Positions 35,801 through 58,390 of a stretch of DNA of 64,000 nt are shown here, in pieces. Source of the stretch: the human T2T-CHM13v2.0 reference genome, Homo sapiens; NCBI RefSeq assembly GCF_009914755.1, contig NC_060947.1. One strand, 5' to 3'. A program made the translations under genes and the position numbers. Within the stretch, counting starts at the first letter, position 1, and every line of letters begins with the position of its first letter. The notes beneath the pieces are model-generated. The model was not told where the DNA came from and ran no database searches. It was given only the letters and a program-made list of their open reading frames with translations.

Positions 35801-37180
35801 AACTGGAATGACTAGCATAAGCCAGAAAGCCAAAAAGCATTCTTTCCAACTCTGACATCATATTTCTTGTTGGCCTAATGTGTTAATGCTATACATAAGT
35901 CATGATACCTAGGGAAAAAGTAAACTACAGACAGCTTGCGATAAGTGGTATAATTAGTTGAATCCAATAAGATGAAAAACATATTCTCAAGTCTACCTTC
36001 TAATTTCTTCTGGAAATAAGGAGTTAATAATACAGATATCTGGGAGTACCTAAAGAACTAGTTAAGTAGACACAAGTAAAGTTAAATAGAGAACTACATA
36101 GTAGCTCATTATATAAAACCCATTTTCCCCAAATCTAAACCCTAACCACTCCTAACCCCTTAGTATTTGCAGAGTATATTAAAAAACACAGATATATTGA
36201 AAAACACAGCAGGCAAGGGTCTCTGCCTTTGCTTCAGGCTCTCAGAGAGATGAGAGTTATTATTCCTGGCAGATTGTAGCAACAACCATCCAGGTGTATG
36301 TAAAGAACATTCTTGCAAATGTGTGTAATCTCCTCTGATCTAACATCCTATGGGTAGGTGGAGATGAGGCAAGAGGAAAAGACTACAGTAGCAAATCATT
36401 TCATTTGGATACTTAATAAATTAAGTAAACTACTAAATTATTTGACCAGCTTGCATTTGTAATTATATGCCAAAAAGTATGCTTTTTTATTTTATATTGA
36501 AATCATATTTTTTTCTTTGGAGAAGAATGGAATTGGTGGTGAAGTGTCACAAAGTCTGAAATTTACCTGTGAACGTTTCAGCAAAAAGCAAAGAAGCAAA
36601 AGCACATGCACACATAGCTATAGAAAGAAAATATAGCAAAATGTTAACAAAGTTTGAACCTACTTGGTGAGTATACCAGTGTTACTGTTCATTCTTTAAA
36701 GTTTTCTGTATGTTTGAAAATTTTCATTAACAATTTTTAAAAAATAAATGGAAGGTTTCAACAAAGTACATAAACCCAAAAGCCTTACACTTAACATCTA
36801 AGGCTCAAATAGCAACGAAGTTTGACTTCTACAATAAACAATAAAGACCCTTGGCTTTTATTTCACTAAAGTATTGCCACATTATAAGCATTGCCTTAAA
36901 ACGTCTGCTCTCAAAAAGACATTTGGGGTTATATGGCAAAAGTGTCAAAGCAAGGCACTGAAAGACCAAAGAACTCCATGTAAAGATTATCCTAAACCGA
37001 ATTGCCTTGGGATTTCTAAAAGTACTGCAAACACTACCCAAGGCTGATTTTGTCCACGTCTAGCGATTTCCCCACCTCCGTCCTTGGATGCCGGCATTCC
37101 AAGTGGCTCACAATATCTCCCAGCCAAACACACTGAAATTCTTAGACTTAAGACAAGTATGCCACAGAGCAGCCTTCTGA

Positions 37181-38560
<1,380 letters not shown>

Positions 38561-40619
38561 TAAATCTATACTGCCTTACATTTTTGGATTTTGTTTTCCA
38601 TTGACAAAAACATTAGAATCGATTTTTCCAAAGCACTTTCTTTTCTCCTATAAACTTTAAAGTAGGTTTAAGATGTGCATACTCAAAAATCATATGCTTA
38701 TGATTCTTTAAATTCTTTAAAAAACAAAATTCTGAAATAATTTTTACACCTTACAGTTCAGCTTAAAAGTACATCTGTTGCAGTAACAAAGCATTCAACC
38801 AGCACTTTCCTGACAAGTGTTACCATAAGCTACATAGGCTACAACTGTGTTTAAGCACTTTTATTATTTCACAGGAGTTATTATGAGCTGCCAGTTCTCC
38901 TATTTGCACAGTTCATTCACACTTTTTAAAGTAGTTTCATATTCACCATTTTATTTGCCCCTCTCAATTGCCCCCTAAAGGTGAGGCACCCAGGAGACTT
39001 CTCATTCCTATTTTAAAGTTGTGGAAACCAAAGTAGGACGTAAGCTAGTTACCACACTGGGCCCACAATTCAAGTCTCATGAGCCTGCAATTCATGCCCA
39101 CCAACTGCCGCTTCATCCCCTTAAGCTATCTTTCAGGGCAAAGAGAACTCTAACTAAAAGGATACAATAGCTTGATTGCCAAACCTGCAGCGACGACTTC
39201 TGTCAAAATATTTACCCCTTGTGGCCCTTGGAAGATAATGTGCTAAGTGAACTGTAGAGTTAAGATAGCAAGGTGTGGGGCAATACTGACACCCACTTGC
39301 AGATAGGTCAGAAAATTTCTGTTGTGCAACATTCACTCCAACACATAGTTCACTTGAGCATTATCATGATCCAGTTATCTGGCTTGTTTGTGCACCCTGG
39401 TTGATGCAAAGGAGAACTCCCACATAGTTCTCTAAGTATAATTATAGCAAATGTACAACATTTGATTAACATGGCAATTGATTCTATTCATGACCCTCAG
39501 TCACTGCTGGCTGCTGGGAAAAGACTGAGATACAGAATGATTTTAAAGATCAATAAAATTCTTCTCCTTAAAAAAAACTCATTAAAAAAGTAAACAAAAT
39601 CTTCCATTTCCTAAATTAGAGGCAAAAAGACTTAACTATGGTTCACCTTGTTCTCTCAAGCTTTTACTATTAAGCTCAGTTTAACTTCCTTCAAACAGCA
39701 ATCACTTGTGTCATACCCCGCAGTTAATTCACAATGTCCAGTTTCTTCCATCATCATAACTGGGACTTCATGTCCTGGGAGACAGGACTTAACCAGTTTA
39801 AAGACTTTGATGTCAGTGTAGTGGTCCAAAGGCATTCAGATTATAATAATGTATTGCAATAATTATCGAGCAGTTACTAAATATCAGACTTCCCTGTATT
39901 ATTTTATATATATCCTAAATTAATCCTCAAAAATCCATCAGGCAGGCACTGTTATATCCACTACTTGACAAGAACTGAGGCACAAAGGGTAAGAAAACTG
40001 CTTAAGTTCACATAGCAACAAATGGCCAATGAAGGACTTGAGCCAGGGCCTTAACGTCAGCCACTACACCAAAACTGCCTAGTCCTCAACTATAATCCCA
40101 GATCAATCATTAAACGAATCACATGACCTTGGGCCAGTCATTTCATACCTCTAGGCCTCCACTGTAAAAAGAGACGCACTAGGTGAGCTTTCACGTGCTT
40201 TCCTGCTTTTAACGTTCTGCCAATCTCTGCCTGGATTGCTCCCCTCCAGAATAAGTGCTGTAACTGCTAAGACTAAAATTTCTCAGTCACTGTGAGTTCC
40301 TGTTCTAGTACATTCCTCTCACTCTTCAGGGTGCTAGGGTCCAGTCTTCACTTTGGGTTTTATTTTCAAATACTCAACTGCAATGCTAATCCTAAATATT
40401 CTCTCTCGGTCTAAGATCACCTTTCTCTACTACTAGGGGTAAGCAGGACCGACCCCACTCCACACTTTTACCCCATTACTCCAGCCCACATGGCAGCTGC
40501 CCAGGCAGCCCAGAAGGAGGCCTAAGAAAGCCCTAGAAGCAAAGCCATAAGAATAAGTCAGTTTTCCTAGAGGTCAAACAAGGCTGTAGGGCACCTGCCA
40601 AGCCTCCCGATCTCGTTGG

Positions 40620-42085
<1,466 letters not shown>

Positions 42086-42120
42086 TCCCTGTCACCCTTT
42101 TGACAGCCCTTACTTCCTAC

Positions 42121-43509
42121 TATGTTCGCAATTGGTGGGTTCTTGGTCTCACTGACTTCCAGAATGAAGCCGCAGACCCTTGCGGTGAGTGTTACAGTTC
42201 TTAAAGGTGATGTGTCTGGAGTTTGCTCCTTCTGATGTTCAGACATCTTCGGAGCTTCTTCTGGTGGGTTCAGGGTCTCACTGGCTTCAGGACTGAAACC
42301 GGAGACTTTCAAAGTTGAGTGTTACAACTCCTAAGCCAGCGCATCTGAAGTTGTTCCTTCCTCCCAGCAGGTTCGTGGTCTCGCTGGCCTCAAGAGCGAA
42401 GCTGCAGACCTTCGCGGTAAGTACCACAGCTCATAGAGGTGGTGCAGATCCAAACAATAAGCAGCAATAAAGTTTATTGCAAAGAGGAAAAGCGCAACAC
42501 TTCCACACTATGAAACATTACCAGACCAGATTACCACTGCAGGCTCAGGCAGCCTGCTTTTATTCCCTTATCTGGCCCCACCCACATCCTGCTGATTGGT
42601 TCATTTTACGGAGAGCTGATTGGTCTGTTTTACAGAGAGCTGATTGGTCCGTTTTGACAGGGTGCTGATTGGTGCGTTTACAATCCCTGAGCTAGACGCA
42701 AAAGTTCTCCAAGTCCCCACTAGATTAGCTACACACAGAGCACTGATTGGTGCATTCACAAACCTTGAGCCAGACACAGGGTGCTGATTGGTGTATTTAC
42801 AATCCCTTAGCTAGACATAAAGGTTCTCCAAGTCCCCACTAGACTCAGGGCCCAGCTGGCTTCACCCAGTGGATCCCGCACCTGGGCGGCAGGTGGAGCT
42901 GCCCACCAGTCCCGCGCCGTGTGCCTGCACTCCTCATCCCTTGGGCGGTGGATGGGACTGGGTGCTGTGGAGCAGGAGGCGGCGCTCGTCGGGGAGGCTC
43001 GGGCCGCACAGGAGCCCACGGTGGAGGGGGGCTCAGGCATGGCAGGCTGCAGGTCCTGAGCCCTGCCCCGCGGGGAGGCAGCTGAGGTCCTGCGAAAATT
43101 CGAGAGGTCCTGCGAAAATTCGAGTGCAGCGCCGGCGGGCCGGCGCTGCTAGGGGACCCGGCGCACCCTCCACAGCTGCTGGCCCGGGTGCTAAGCCCGT
43201 CACTGCCCGGGGCCAGTGGCGCTGGCCGGCCGCTCTGAGTGCGGGGCAGGTTGAGCCCACGCCCACCCGGAACTCGCGCTGGCCCGCAAGCGCCTTACGC
43301 AGCCCCGGTTCCTGCCCGCGCATCTCCCTCCACACCTCCAGGCAAGCTGAGGGAGCCGGCTCCAGCCTCGGCCAGCCCAGAAAGGGGCTCCCACAGTGCA
43401 GTGGCAGGCTGAAGGGCTCCTCAAGCGTGGCCAGAGTGGGCGCCGAGGCCGAGGAGGCGCCGAGAGGGAGCGAAGGCTGCAGGGGCTGCCAGTACGCTGT
43501 CACCTCTCA
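42121..43509 (-). mobile_element. LTR12 (ERV9) solo LTR
   Basis: Minus strand starts TGAGAGGTGACAGCGT and ends GACCAAGAACCCACCAATT; tandem CTGATTGG (CCAAT) repeats; TATA-like AATAAAAGCAGGCTG near 42557-42563; 4-bp TSD CTAC (42117-42120, 43510-43513). Confidence 0.95.
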
Positions 43510-44288
43510 CTACCTTGCATGGATGGTGGAGCCATAGTGATTGGGTGACCATCCTGGCCTCACTGCCTGCTGTGTGACCTTGGCTTTTCTAATAATGTTC
43601 TTTGAGTATTTCAGATTTATCTCTGAGGTGAAATGTGCTTAATGAGGCCCCTGGAATCATTCTAAGACCCTTGTCCTTAGAAAGAAGCTAATGATCCTCT
43701 CAGTGTGTGGCTCGGAGGAAGTGACAAAATCATGACTTCCTGACATGATAAATGGTCCGCTGTTCTGTGGTCCAGCTTTCCTTTCAATGCTCAGTTGCTG
43801 GGCTGAAAAGACAACCATATTGACTCTAGAATGTCAGTTACAATGTCTGTCCTCACAAGGGAAGTCATGATCAAACTGAAACAAGCAAGGTGTTCCCATG
43901 CTAGATGCCAGAGACAGGTTTACCCGTGGGTGAATGATGCAGTTCTTGTCCATGGTATAGGATGGGATGGTGTGGTGTCAGGGGAGGGGGCAAGAGGGGC
44001 ACTGGAAGTAAGAGAGTGGGAGAAGAGGAGGGGTCCCTGTCAAATTCCCCTCAATCCTGAGAGAGACACTTAGGAACAGAGTGTCTCTGCTCCCTCTGGA
44101 TATTCCCGTGTATATTTTGAAGCCTGGGAGGCAGGATGGAGGACATCCTGCTGATGCCTGAAGGATGGCAAAGCAGAATAGAAGGATGCTCCCTTAACCC
44201 CATGACCGAGCCTCTGAATTAACCAGCTCCAGTGTTTAACCTATCTCTGGACTTATTTATTTTTTTATTTTAATTTCAACTTTATTAA

Positions 44289-44624
<336 letters not shown>

Positions 44625-46302
44625 TGACAGTCTTTATCTAAAACACTGCAGCTGATCGCACACAAGAAAGCCCACCTGGGGAAAGTATTGGCCTCCCTGA
44701 TTGGTGAACCATTTTTGCCAACAGCAGCAGGACAGAAAACATGAGAGTTGTCACAGAGACACAAATATGCTGAAATAAATAAAAAGATATCCCATGTTCA
44801 TGTATTAAAAGACCTGATAGTGTTAAGATGGCAATACTGTTTAATTTGATCTACTCCCCAGATTGATTCAGTGAAATCTCTCAAAATCCCAGCTAACGTC
44901 ATTTGGAAATTGACAAGCTGATCCTAAAATGTACTTGAACACTGAAGTGACCAAGAATTGCCAAAATAATCTTGAAAAAGTTAAACATTTAGAAGACTCA
45001 CACTTCCTGATCTTAAAACACACTACAGAGCTACAGTAATCAAAACAATGGGATACTACCATAAGGATAAGCATATAGACCAATGGAATAGAATTTAGAG
45101 TCCAGGAATACACTCATATATGTATGGGTAATTGATTTTCAACATGGGCATTAAAGCCATTCAATGGGGAAAAATAATCTTTTTAAGAAATGGTTCTGGG
45201 AAAACTGGATATCCACATGCAAAAGAATGAAGTTGGACCCTGTATAACACCATATACAAAAATTAATTCAAAAGGAATAAAAACTTTAAGAGCTAAAACT
45301 ATAAAACTCTTAGAAGAAAATATAGATGCAAAATTCATGACCTTTCTATAGTCAATGGATTCTTAGATATGACACCAAAAGCACAAGCACAGAAGAAAGA
45401 TAGATAAACTGGACATCATCAAAATTTAAAACTTGTGTGCCTCGATGGACACTATTGGCAAAAAGTGAGGAGGCAAACCACAGAGTTGGAGAACAATTTT
45501 GCAAATCACACATCTGATAAAATATATCTAGAATATGTAAAGAATGCTTAAACTTGATAATAAAAAGACAATCCAGTTAAAAAGGGGGCAAAGGATCTGA
45601 ATAGACAGTTCTCTACAGAAAGTATACAGATGCACAATAAGCACAAGAAAACCTGTTCAGTATCATTAGCCATAAGGGAAATACAAGTTAAAAGCACAAT
45701 GAAGTGCCATTTCATATCCACTAGATGGCTATAATAAGAAAGACAGATAATACCCAGTGTTGGTAAGGATGTGGAAAAATTGGGACCTTCCTACACTACT
45801 GTGTATGTGATGTTGAAAAGCAATTTGGTGGTACCTATCAACATTTATACATTTAAAGATTTTTTAAAGCACTTTGCAAAAATAAGTAAAAGAACTTTGC
45901 TTTCCCTTAGCCATTCCACTCCTGAGTAGTATCCTACAGAACTACTCACATATATGCCTAAACAAGGCATGTACTATATTTATTGCAGCAGAATTGGAAA
46001 GTTTCAGTTAGACAGGAAGAATGTTTTAGAAATTTATTGCACAGCATGATGACCACAGCTAATAATAATGTGTTGTATGTTTCAGAATTGGTAAGAGTAT
46101 ATTTTAAACATTCTCATCACAAAAAATAAGTAGGTGAAGTAATGGATATATTCATTAGATTGATTTATTCTTTCTACAATATATACATGTATCAAAACAT
46201 CACATTTTACCCCATAAATATATACAACTGTTATTTGTCAATTAAAAAATTTCAACACAAATTAATATTAAAAATAAAATAAATTGTAACTTAAAAAAGG
46301 AA

Positions 46303-46460
46303 TCCTAGGGCGGCCCTCCTGCCCACCCTCTTTCTCCCGTCCATCTGTCTGATTCTCTTAGACTTCGTGTTCTTTTTTCTGTCTTAATCTCAACTTGTTT
46401 TTAAACTAGATTGCTTTGAGAAGATGACTAAATAAAGTTTCCTTTTGATTAAAAAAAAAA
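46303..46460 (+). pseudogene. 5'-truncated retrocopy of an unidentified mRNA 3' end
   Basis: AATAAA 46431-46436, A-tail 46451-46460, TSD AAAAAAGGAA, TT|AAAA endonuclease-type site. Confidence 0.65.
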
Positions 46461-46599
46461 GGAAACATCCCAAGTGTTCACTAACAGAATGACCTATGGA
46501 GAATAAACTAATAGGAGAATAAACTAATTCATAGTTCTTTCCTTATGAAACAACTATGGAATACCATACTACAGTAAAATAATGATATAGACTAGGGTT

Positions 46600-46797
46600 T
46601 GTGAAACTGATATTTTAGATTGTATAGTTCTTAGTTGTGGGTGGCTGACTTGTGTGTTGTAAAATGTTTAGCCCTATCGCAGGTCTCTATCAGTAGGTGT
46701 CAGTAGCACTCTCTCACCGCAGCTGTCTCAACCAAAATGCCACTAGATTGCCAAATGCTGAGGGGGTAGCAAACTAGTCCTTAGTTGAGAACCACTG
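46600..46797. mobile_element. MER20-like hAT DNA transposon
   Basis: Terminus GTTGAGAACCACTG; internal AGATTGCCAAATG, CAGTAGCAC. Confidence 0.7.
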
Positions 46798-48324
46798 ATG
46801 GTAGCCTTATATTTACTGATGTGAAAAGAACTCCAAGACGTTTTGTTAAATAATAATTTAGAAATAGCCAGGTATCTCTTTGATGTACCAATTTCATTTC
46901 CTTTGAATAAATACCCAGAAATGGAATTGCTGGATCATATGGTAAGCTTCTTATTTAAAATTTTTGAGAAACCTCCAAGCTGTTTTCTATAATAGCTGTA
47001 CTTATTTACATTCCTATTGAAAATGTACAAGAATTCCCATTTCTCCACACCCTCACCAACACTTGTTATCATTTGATTTTTTAAATAATAGCCATTCGAA
47101 TGGGGGTGAGATGATGTTGCATTGTGGTTTTGATTTGCATATCCCTGAAGATTAGTGATGTTGAGCACCTTTTCGTATACCTGTTGGCCATCTGTATGTC
47201 TTTGGAAAAATGTCTACTCAGGTCCTCTGCCCATTTAAATTTTTTTAATTATTATTTTTGCTATTGAGTTGTATGAATTCTTTATATATTTTAGATACTG
47301 GCTCCCTTTTGAATATATAACTTACAAATATTTTCTCCCATTCTGCAGGTTGCCTTTTGATTTTGTTGATGATTTTACTGACTGTGCAGAAACTTTTTCT
47401 TGCCGTGTAATGGTGATACTCATTTCACAATTGATATGTATATCAAAACATTATGTTTAACATCTTAAATATATGCAATTTTTGTTTGTAGATTATACCT
47501 TAATAAAGCTGGGAAAAAAGAATGAAAATGATATGTGCAGGATGATTCAAATTCTGTTTTTAAAAAACTATATATTTGTATTGGTAATATGATTATGTAT
47601 GAGGATACAAAGGAAAAATGTCAAGGATACATACTAAATTGAAAACAATGGTTACCTCAGGAGAGAGGGCTAGGATTGCATGAGTGTTCATGCATGTTGA
47701 AGGTGTGGGGTAAGGAGAAGAGGGGCCTTTGGTTTTACTGCTTGAATTGTCAAAGTTTACCAAAAATGTGCATTCATAGATTACTTATATAATTTAAAAT
47801 GTAGTTAAATAAACTTATGGAAAGCATTTTGTAGAGAGTAGGTCACCAAAGAAGCCTACACTCTTACTATATCAGCTGCCAAAAGAGATTTGGATGAGTG
47901 CTTAATTGTACTTAGCTCATGATTTAATCCTCAAATACCTATAATGTGCAATTTCTGTTAGGGACTGAAATGATTATGTCATTTCTTTTACCAATCAGTT
48001 ATAATCTATATTTAATATAATGTCAGATGATTCTATGGAATTTAGAAATGGAAAAAAACTGGCATTTAAAATTATAGATATAATGTACATCAAAAACCTA
48101 TCACTGTGACTAGCACTTAATACTTCATAAATGGTACTTGCTAATATTGTTATACATGTTAGTATGTTCGAAAACATTGTTCCTTCAGCATTCACTAGAA
48201 TACAACAAAAGTTTTATTTTTTTCTAGTTTTTTATCTGAATCCTATAGTGTTTACAATTCCAGTTAGGACACTTTTAAAACTGAGATCACACTTTCAACA
48301 TTCATTCATCCTGTATGGTATTTA

Positions 48325-49294
48325 ACAATAGAGTAAAAAAGTAAAAGCTCAAATTATTACAAGTTAATTGATGTTTCCTATAGTCAAATGCCACGAAAAG
48401 GGAGGTGAAGAATTTGGACCCTAATGCTGATTCTGACCAACTCTCATTCTTTCTGGTCATTTTGTCAATCTGTAAGTCAACAGAGCAGAAACAGCTACCA
48501 TTATTTATTTATTAAAAGAGTGTAGTTGTCACTTGGAATAAGGAGTTGCATGTTCAGTGCTAAAGGTAACCAGATAATATGAAGATCTGTAACCAGATAA
48601 TATGAAGATCTGAAAATGTATAACTACTGTAAAGATAGTGATATTCCATGTATATACAGCAATTCCACAGATGACATCAGGGTCTAGTAAGTAAGAAAAA
48701 ATCATTTTTGATATTGATATTTTATCCAATTTAACATTTGTTCTGATGCTGACTTTAAACACACCTGCACTGTGTGATTTATGTTGTCCTCATCATACAA
48801 GGCAAGGTTTACAGAAGGAGGGAGGTGGCTTTCATGCTGAGAGTGATACTCTTTTATTGTACTACTCCATGTTAATTAGGCAATGACTTGTTACATGACA
48901 AACTTCATGTAATACAGCCTCTAGTCTTTATTTTGTGCTTCACAGATCTCATTTCTCTGGAAAGGAAGAAAGAGAACGAGTAGTTGTATTTCTATTACAG
49001 ACAGTCAGGGATATAGAAGACTATTAACAACATTACTAAGTCTATTACTAAATCTGTCAATGTGTAGTTCTGATATCTTTCCACTTTGCCTTCGGAGGAG
49101 AAATTACACACTAAGTTTATGTCCTTAGATGAATTTCACAGCTGAATAGTGAGGGACTGCAAAATAACCGGTGAAAATGAGAGTTGGTCAGAATCAGCAT
49201 TAGGGTCTGAATTTTTCACCTTTCTTTATGGTATATGCTATGGAAAATATCAATTAACTTGTAACTTGAGCTTTACCTTTTTACTCTATTGCTA
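48325..49294. repeat. Inverted repeat, ~140-bp arms (48325-48464 / 49159-49294)
   Basis: GACCCTAATGCTGATTCTGACCAACTCTCATT (48417-48448) is the exact reverse complement of 49176-49207; similarity extends outward to CAATAGAGTAAAAA / TTTTTACTCTATTG. Confidence 0.85.
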
Positions 49295-49579
49295 GGAGTG
49301 AATCATATTACAACTATTTGAAGCTAGAAGACTGTAGTGGTGCTGTGTATCTTGGATTTCTCTTGATTTTTTGCAAGTGCAGTTAGCCAGAAGGTTTTTT
49401 TATTTTTTATTTTATTTTATTTTATTTTATTTTATAGCAGTTCTGACTGATGTGGTCCAGCTACCCTCAGAGCCACTGACCTTGGGCCAATATGTTGCCT
49501 ACTCTTAAGTATTTTGAAATACTGCATGGAAAAAAATGTCATTTATTTGGTTGTATTACTATATTTAATTAGTTGAATA

Positions 49580-52096
<2,517 letters not shown>

Positions 52097-52163
52097 TGAA
52101 CTTACTTGGGACAAGAAACCACTTTATGCCTCCCATATTCATTCTTTTGGAATGGTAATGTCT

Positions 52164-55170
<3,007 letters not shown>

Positions 55171-55509
55171 GACTAGGCTGGGCACAGTGGCTCATGCCTG
55201 TAATCCCAGCACTTTGGGAGGCCAAGGTGGGCAGATCACGAGGTCAGGAGTTCAAGACCAACCTGGCCAACATGGTAAAACCCCATCTCTACTAAAAATA
55301 CAAAAATTAGCGGGGCATGGTGGCAAGTGCCTGTAATCCCAGACACTTGGGAGGCTGAGGGCATGCCCAGCCGATGCTACACTTTTAAACAGCCAGATGT
55401 CATGATTACTCACTATCATTAGAACAAAACTAGAGGGGAAATCTGCCCCTATGATCTAATCGCCTCTCACCAGGCCCCATCTCCAACACTGGGGACTACA
55501 ATTTGATAT

Positions 55510-58390
55510 GCCTTTGCAATATCAATTGCTGCATACCAAGTTCTCTCTGTTTTGGGCCTCTGTAATAGTCACAATGTCAGGTACTGCTGGTGCCAAAGGT
55601 GGTATTACGCATTGAGCTGCCTAAAATCAGTGGTAAGTCTCCAAGAAACCAAGGTCTTGTGCACAGGCCAGATGGGGCTATTGAATGGAGAAACAGTCTC
55701 ATGAAACATTTTGGCTTCCTTAAGCTCAGCAATGATGGCAATTATTCTTTTTCTCCCCTAGGCAGCTGACATTGTTTTTTGGGAAACAACAGTACTAGGT
55801 GTTGGTCATCAGATGGGTCCATGGTCTTCTATATTTCTCACTAAGATGGCCATAACTATTGCAATTCCTGTCAGGGCTTGGAGGCAAAGGCAAGTGGGGC
55901 TGCACATGGAAAACACATCACTGCCAATATTTCATTCAGTAGTGGGGGCCATGACAACGGAGGTTAGTAGGAGCCCAAAGTCAGAGAACACGATCTGTTT
56001 TCTCCTCATCTTGATGCAAGGGTTTGTGGGGATCACAGTCACCTGTGTACTGGTATCTAAAAGGCCTAAGAAGTGCAATTCCTCTCCACTGTTCAGTTGA
56101 ACTCTAACCTTGGCATAGGGCCTCTGGGTCCCCTGAGTACAGAAGGATCTTGTTTATAACCCCTAAAATCTTTGGATTTTTGTTTGTAACCCCTAATCTT
56201 GTTTATATTTGAAAGCTGAGTGTCAGAGCAAAAGTTGCTCAGGATCTCTGATTTGTCTCCAAATCCACCAGGAGAGGTGGAAGGCCATCACTGTGCAGAC
56301 TCTAGCGGGACCACTTATCAAATCCCCATGGCCTGGTACTTGGCCCTGAATTTTTTAGTGGGGAGCCCATCAATCTGCTTTCGTGGTTCCATTATTGAGT
56401 AATCAGACTCAGAGATCTCTTTGGGAAGGCCCTTGCCCAGACAGTCCAGAAGAGGGCACTCAAGTACTATTTTTATGCTCCCTTTTTGGAGGGGAGGGGT
56501 CAAATTTTGCTATTTTATCGGAAGCCATTTCTTCTGTGCCTGAGAATTTCTGAGTTAAGATCTGGATCACACTGCAGATTGATGGACTTGACCTCAGGAG
56601 GTGGCTTAATTGGGCTTGACAACAAGCAGGAGCAGCATGAACAAACCCGTAAATCTAAGTCTGGTTAATCTTCTCATCTACCGTTCCCACTCCCTCGTAG
56701 TAGACCCAAGAGACCACCAGGAGGGCTGCAGGACCTCCATAGTCTCTGCGAAGGTGGTTGAGACATGTTTTTCAGTGACTAGGTACTCATTATGTGTGGA
56801 CCAAATCTGTCAGAGACCAAATAGTACCCAGCTGAGGAAAGAGATGGTCGTTGGTATACATACACTCTCATCTCCCCACCTTGCTCCTCCTCCTCAGAGA
56901 AAGTGGCCACTATCAAGGCACTATGGAGGAGGGGGTCTGTAGTGATGTACCCCTCAAGGAGCCACTTTCCTTTATGAAGTTTATTTAACAAGATTACCTT
57001 TTTCGTAATGGAAGCAAACTAGCCAAGTCTCTGTGGTTTCTTCCCCTAAGCAAGTCTTCCTTCTGGCTTGGCTGCTGGGCATTGACCCTATCTAGTGAGA
57101 TCACTGGACAAAGTGATTCTAAAGAGCTCTACATTATTTTTATTAGAAGCATGAGTCTCAGTAACATGCTGCATGGCATGTTGTCCGTCAGCCCCAGGGA
57201 ACTGCTTAGATCTAGGAATAGTTTTGGGGTACAGGTCAGTTTACAGGGTCTCCAACGACTTCTGGCCCCATCATCAGAGAACGGTGTCCAGGGAATTGTT
57301 TCTGTGGCTTCTTAGAGCCCCTCTGCTGGATCTCTTATTTGATCCACTAGGTTATCTCAGCCGAGGTGATGGGGATAAACAGGAGGACCGATGGTTACCT
57401 TGGAACCAAAAGCTTTTATAAACAATTTTCTATCATCCTCCAAGTATACCCTGTGACTTACAATAGCAATTCCTGAGACCTGCTGGCATGGCTGGTAAAG
57501 TGCCACGTGAGGTCTGCTAGCACTTCCCAGGACTCACTGGCAGAGTGCCCGGTCAGATCCTCTGACTCTGGCAAATAATCCATTAGCATCCTCCAGGAGT
57601 GCCCTGCAAGGTCTGCTTACACCCATCATTAGTGAATTGCCCCACGAGATTTTCAGGCTCTTTGCTCTTCAGAAACGACATTGTGCATAATCAACTACCC
57701 AGCTTGCCATTCCAATTTTTCAAGAGCTCAGCTGAGCTAGAGAGAGCTGAGCTGCTGGGTGTCAGAGTAGTCGATTAAGACGAGTCAAAATAAAAGTAAC
57801 AGTCAGACTTTAATAACTGCCTTTGATAGTATAAGCAAGGGACTGAACCAGAAAAAGTACCGACTCCTCCATTATTCCATTTTTCCACATGGGGTGGCTC
57901 CAACAGGGGTCTGACCACAGATGCAGGGCATCATCATCTCACTGTTAAGGGAGCCCTGAACAAGAGGCTCCTGCCATTTTATGGACCCAGGGGCAGGAGG
58001 AGGTGACAGGGAAGGGCTAGGAGTAGAAAAGTACTGAGTACTGAGTCAGCTTGAAGAAAAAAATATTTTTAGGCATCCCCCACTCCCACCATGGCAACAA
58101 GAGGTCTTAGCTCAGGTGCTTGAGAAAGGCCTCTGCCAAAGGCTCCTGATAAGGCGGACTCCAAATGGAGGCATCTGGTCTAGGAATGCCGACATGTGTG
58201 AGAGCATGATCAGTTCGGGACGTCTGAGTCCTTGACTGCAACTCCATTCACAGACTGCAATGCACGGCTGTGCATCAGGTCTGATGTGGGGAGGGCACGT
58301 CCCCCCATGATCCCTGCCAGGTAAAGCTTTTGTAATTGCCTATGGCGAGGCCTGAAAGATCACCCATAGGTTTTTGGCCAAGAGTTGAAT
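55510..58390 (-). mobile_element. Degenerate class III (ERVL-like) provirus: LTR ~57760-58390, gag, protease, RT 5' part
   Basis: Minus-strand translations: protease RPYAKVRV...FLGLLDTSTQVTVIP (~56030-56125); RT SPFNSPIWPVHK...WRLTTDFRQLN...PLAPAVPDIV (~55570-55700); gag-like PRKQIDGLPT. Stops and frameshifts present. Confidence 0.8.

Larger units (their letters stand above)
44770..47520. mobile_element. Old L1M fragments (ORF2 44770-45990 +, 3'UTR pieces, minus fragment 46870-47400)
   Basis: L1 ORF2 motifs (ATCCCATGTTCATG, GCTACAGTAATCAAAACA, GAATGAAGTTGGACCC). Confidence 0.75.

Noticed and set aside
42590-42845. Regular CTGATTGG repeats resembling an array
   Set aside because: Normal LTR12 U3 tandem CCAAT repeats; not CRISPR or novel.
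42807-43537. Long GC-rich ORFs (222 and 156 aa)
   Set aside because: Lie within LTR12; a GC-content artefact.
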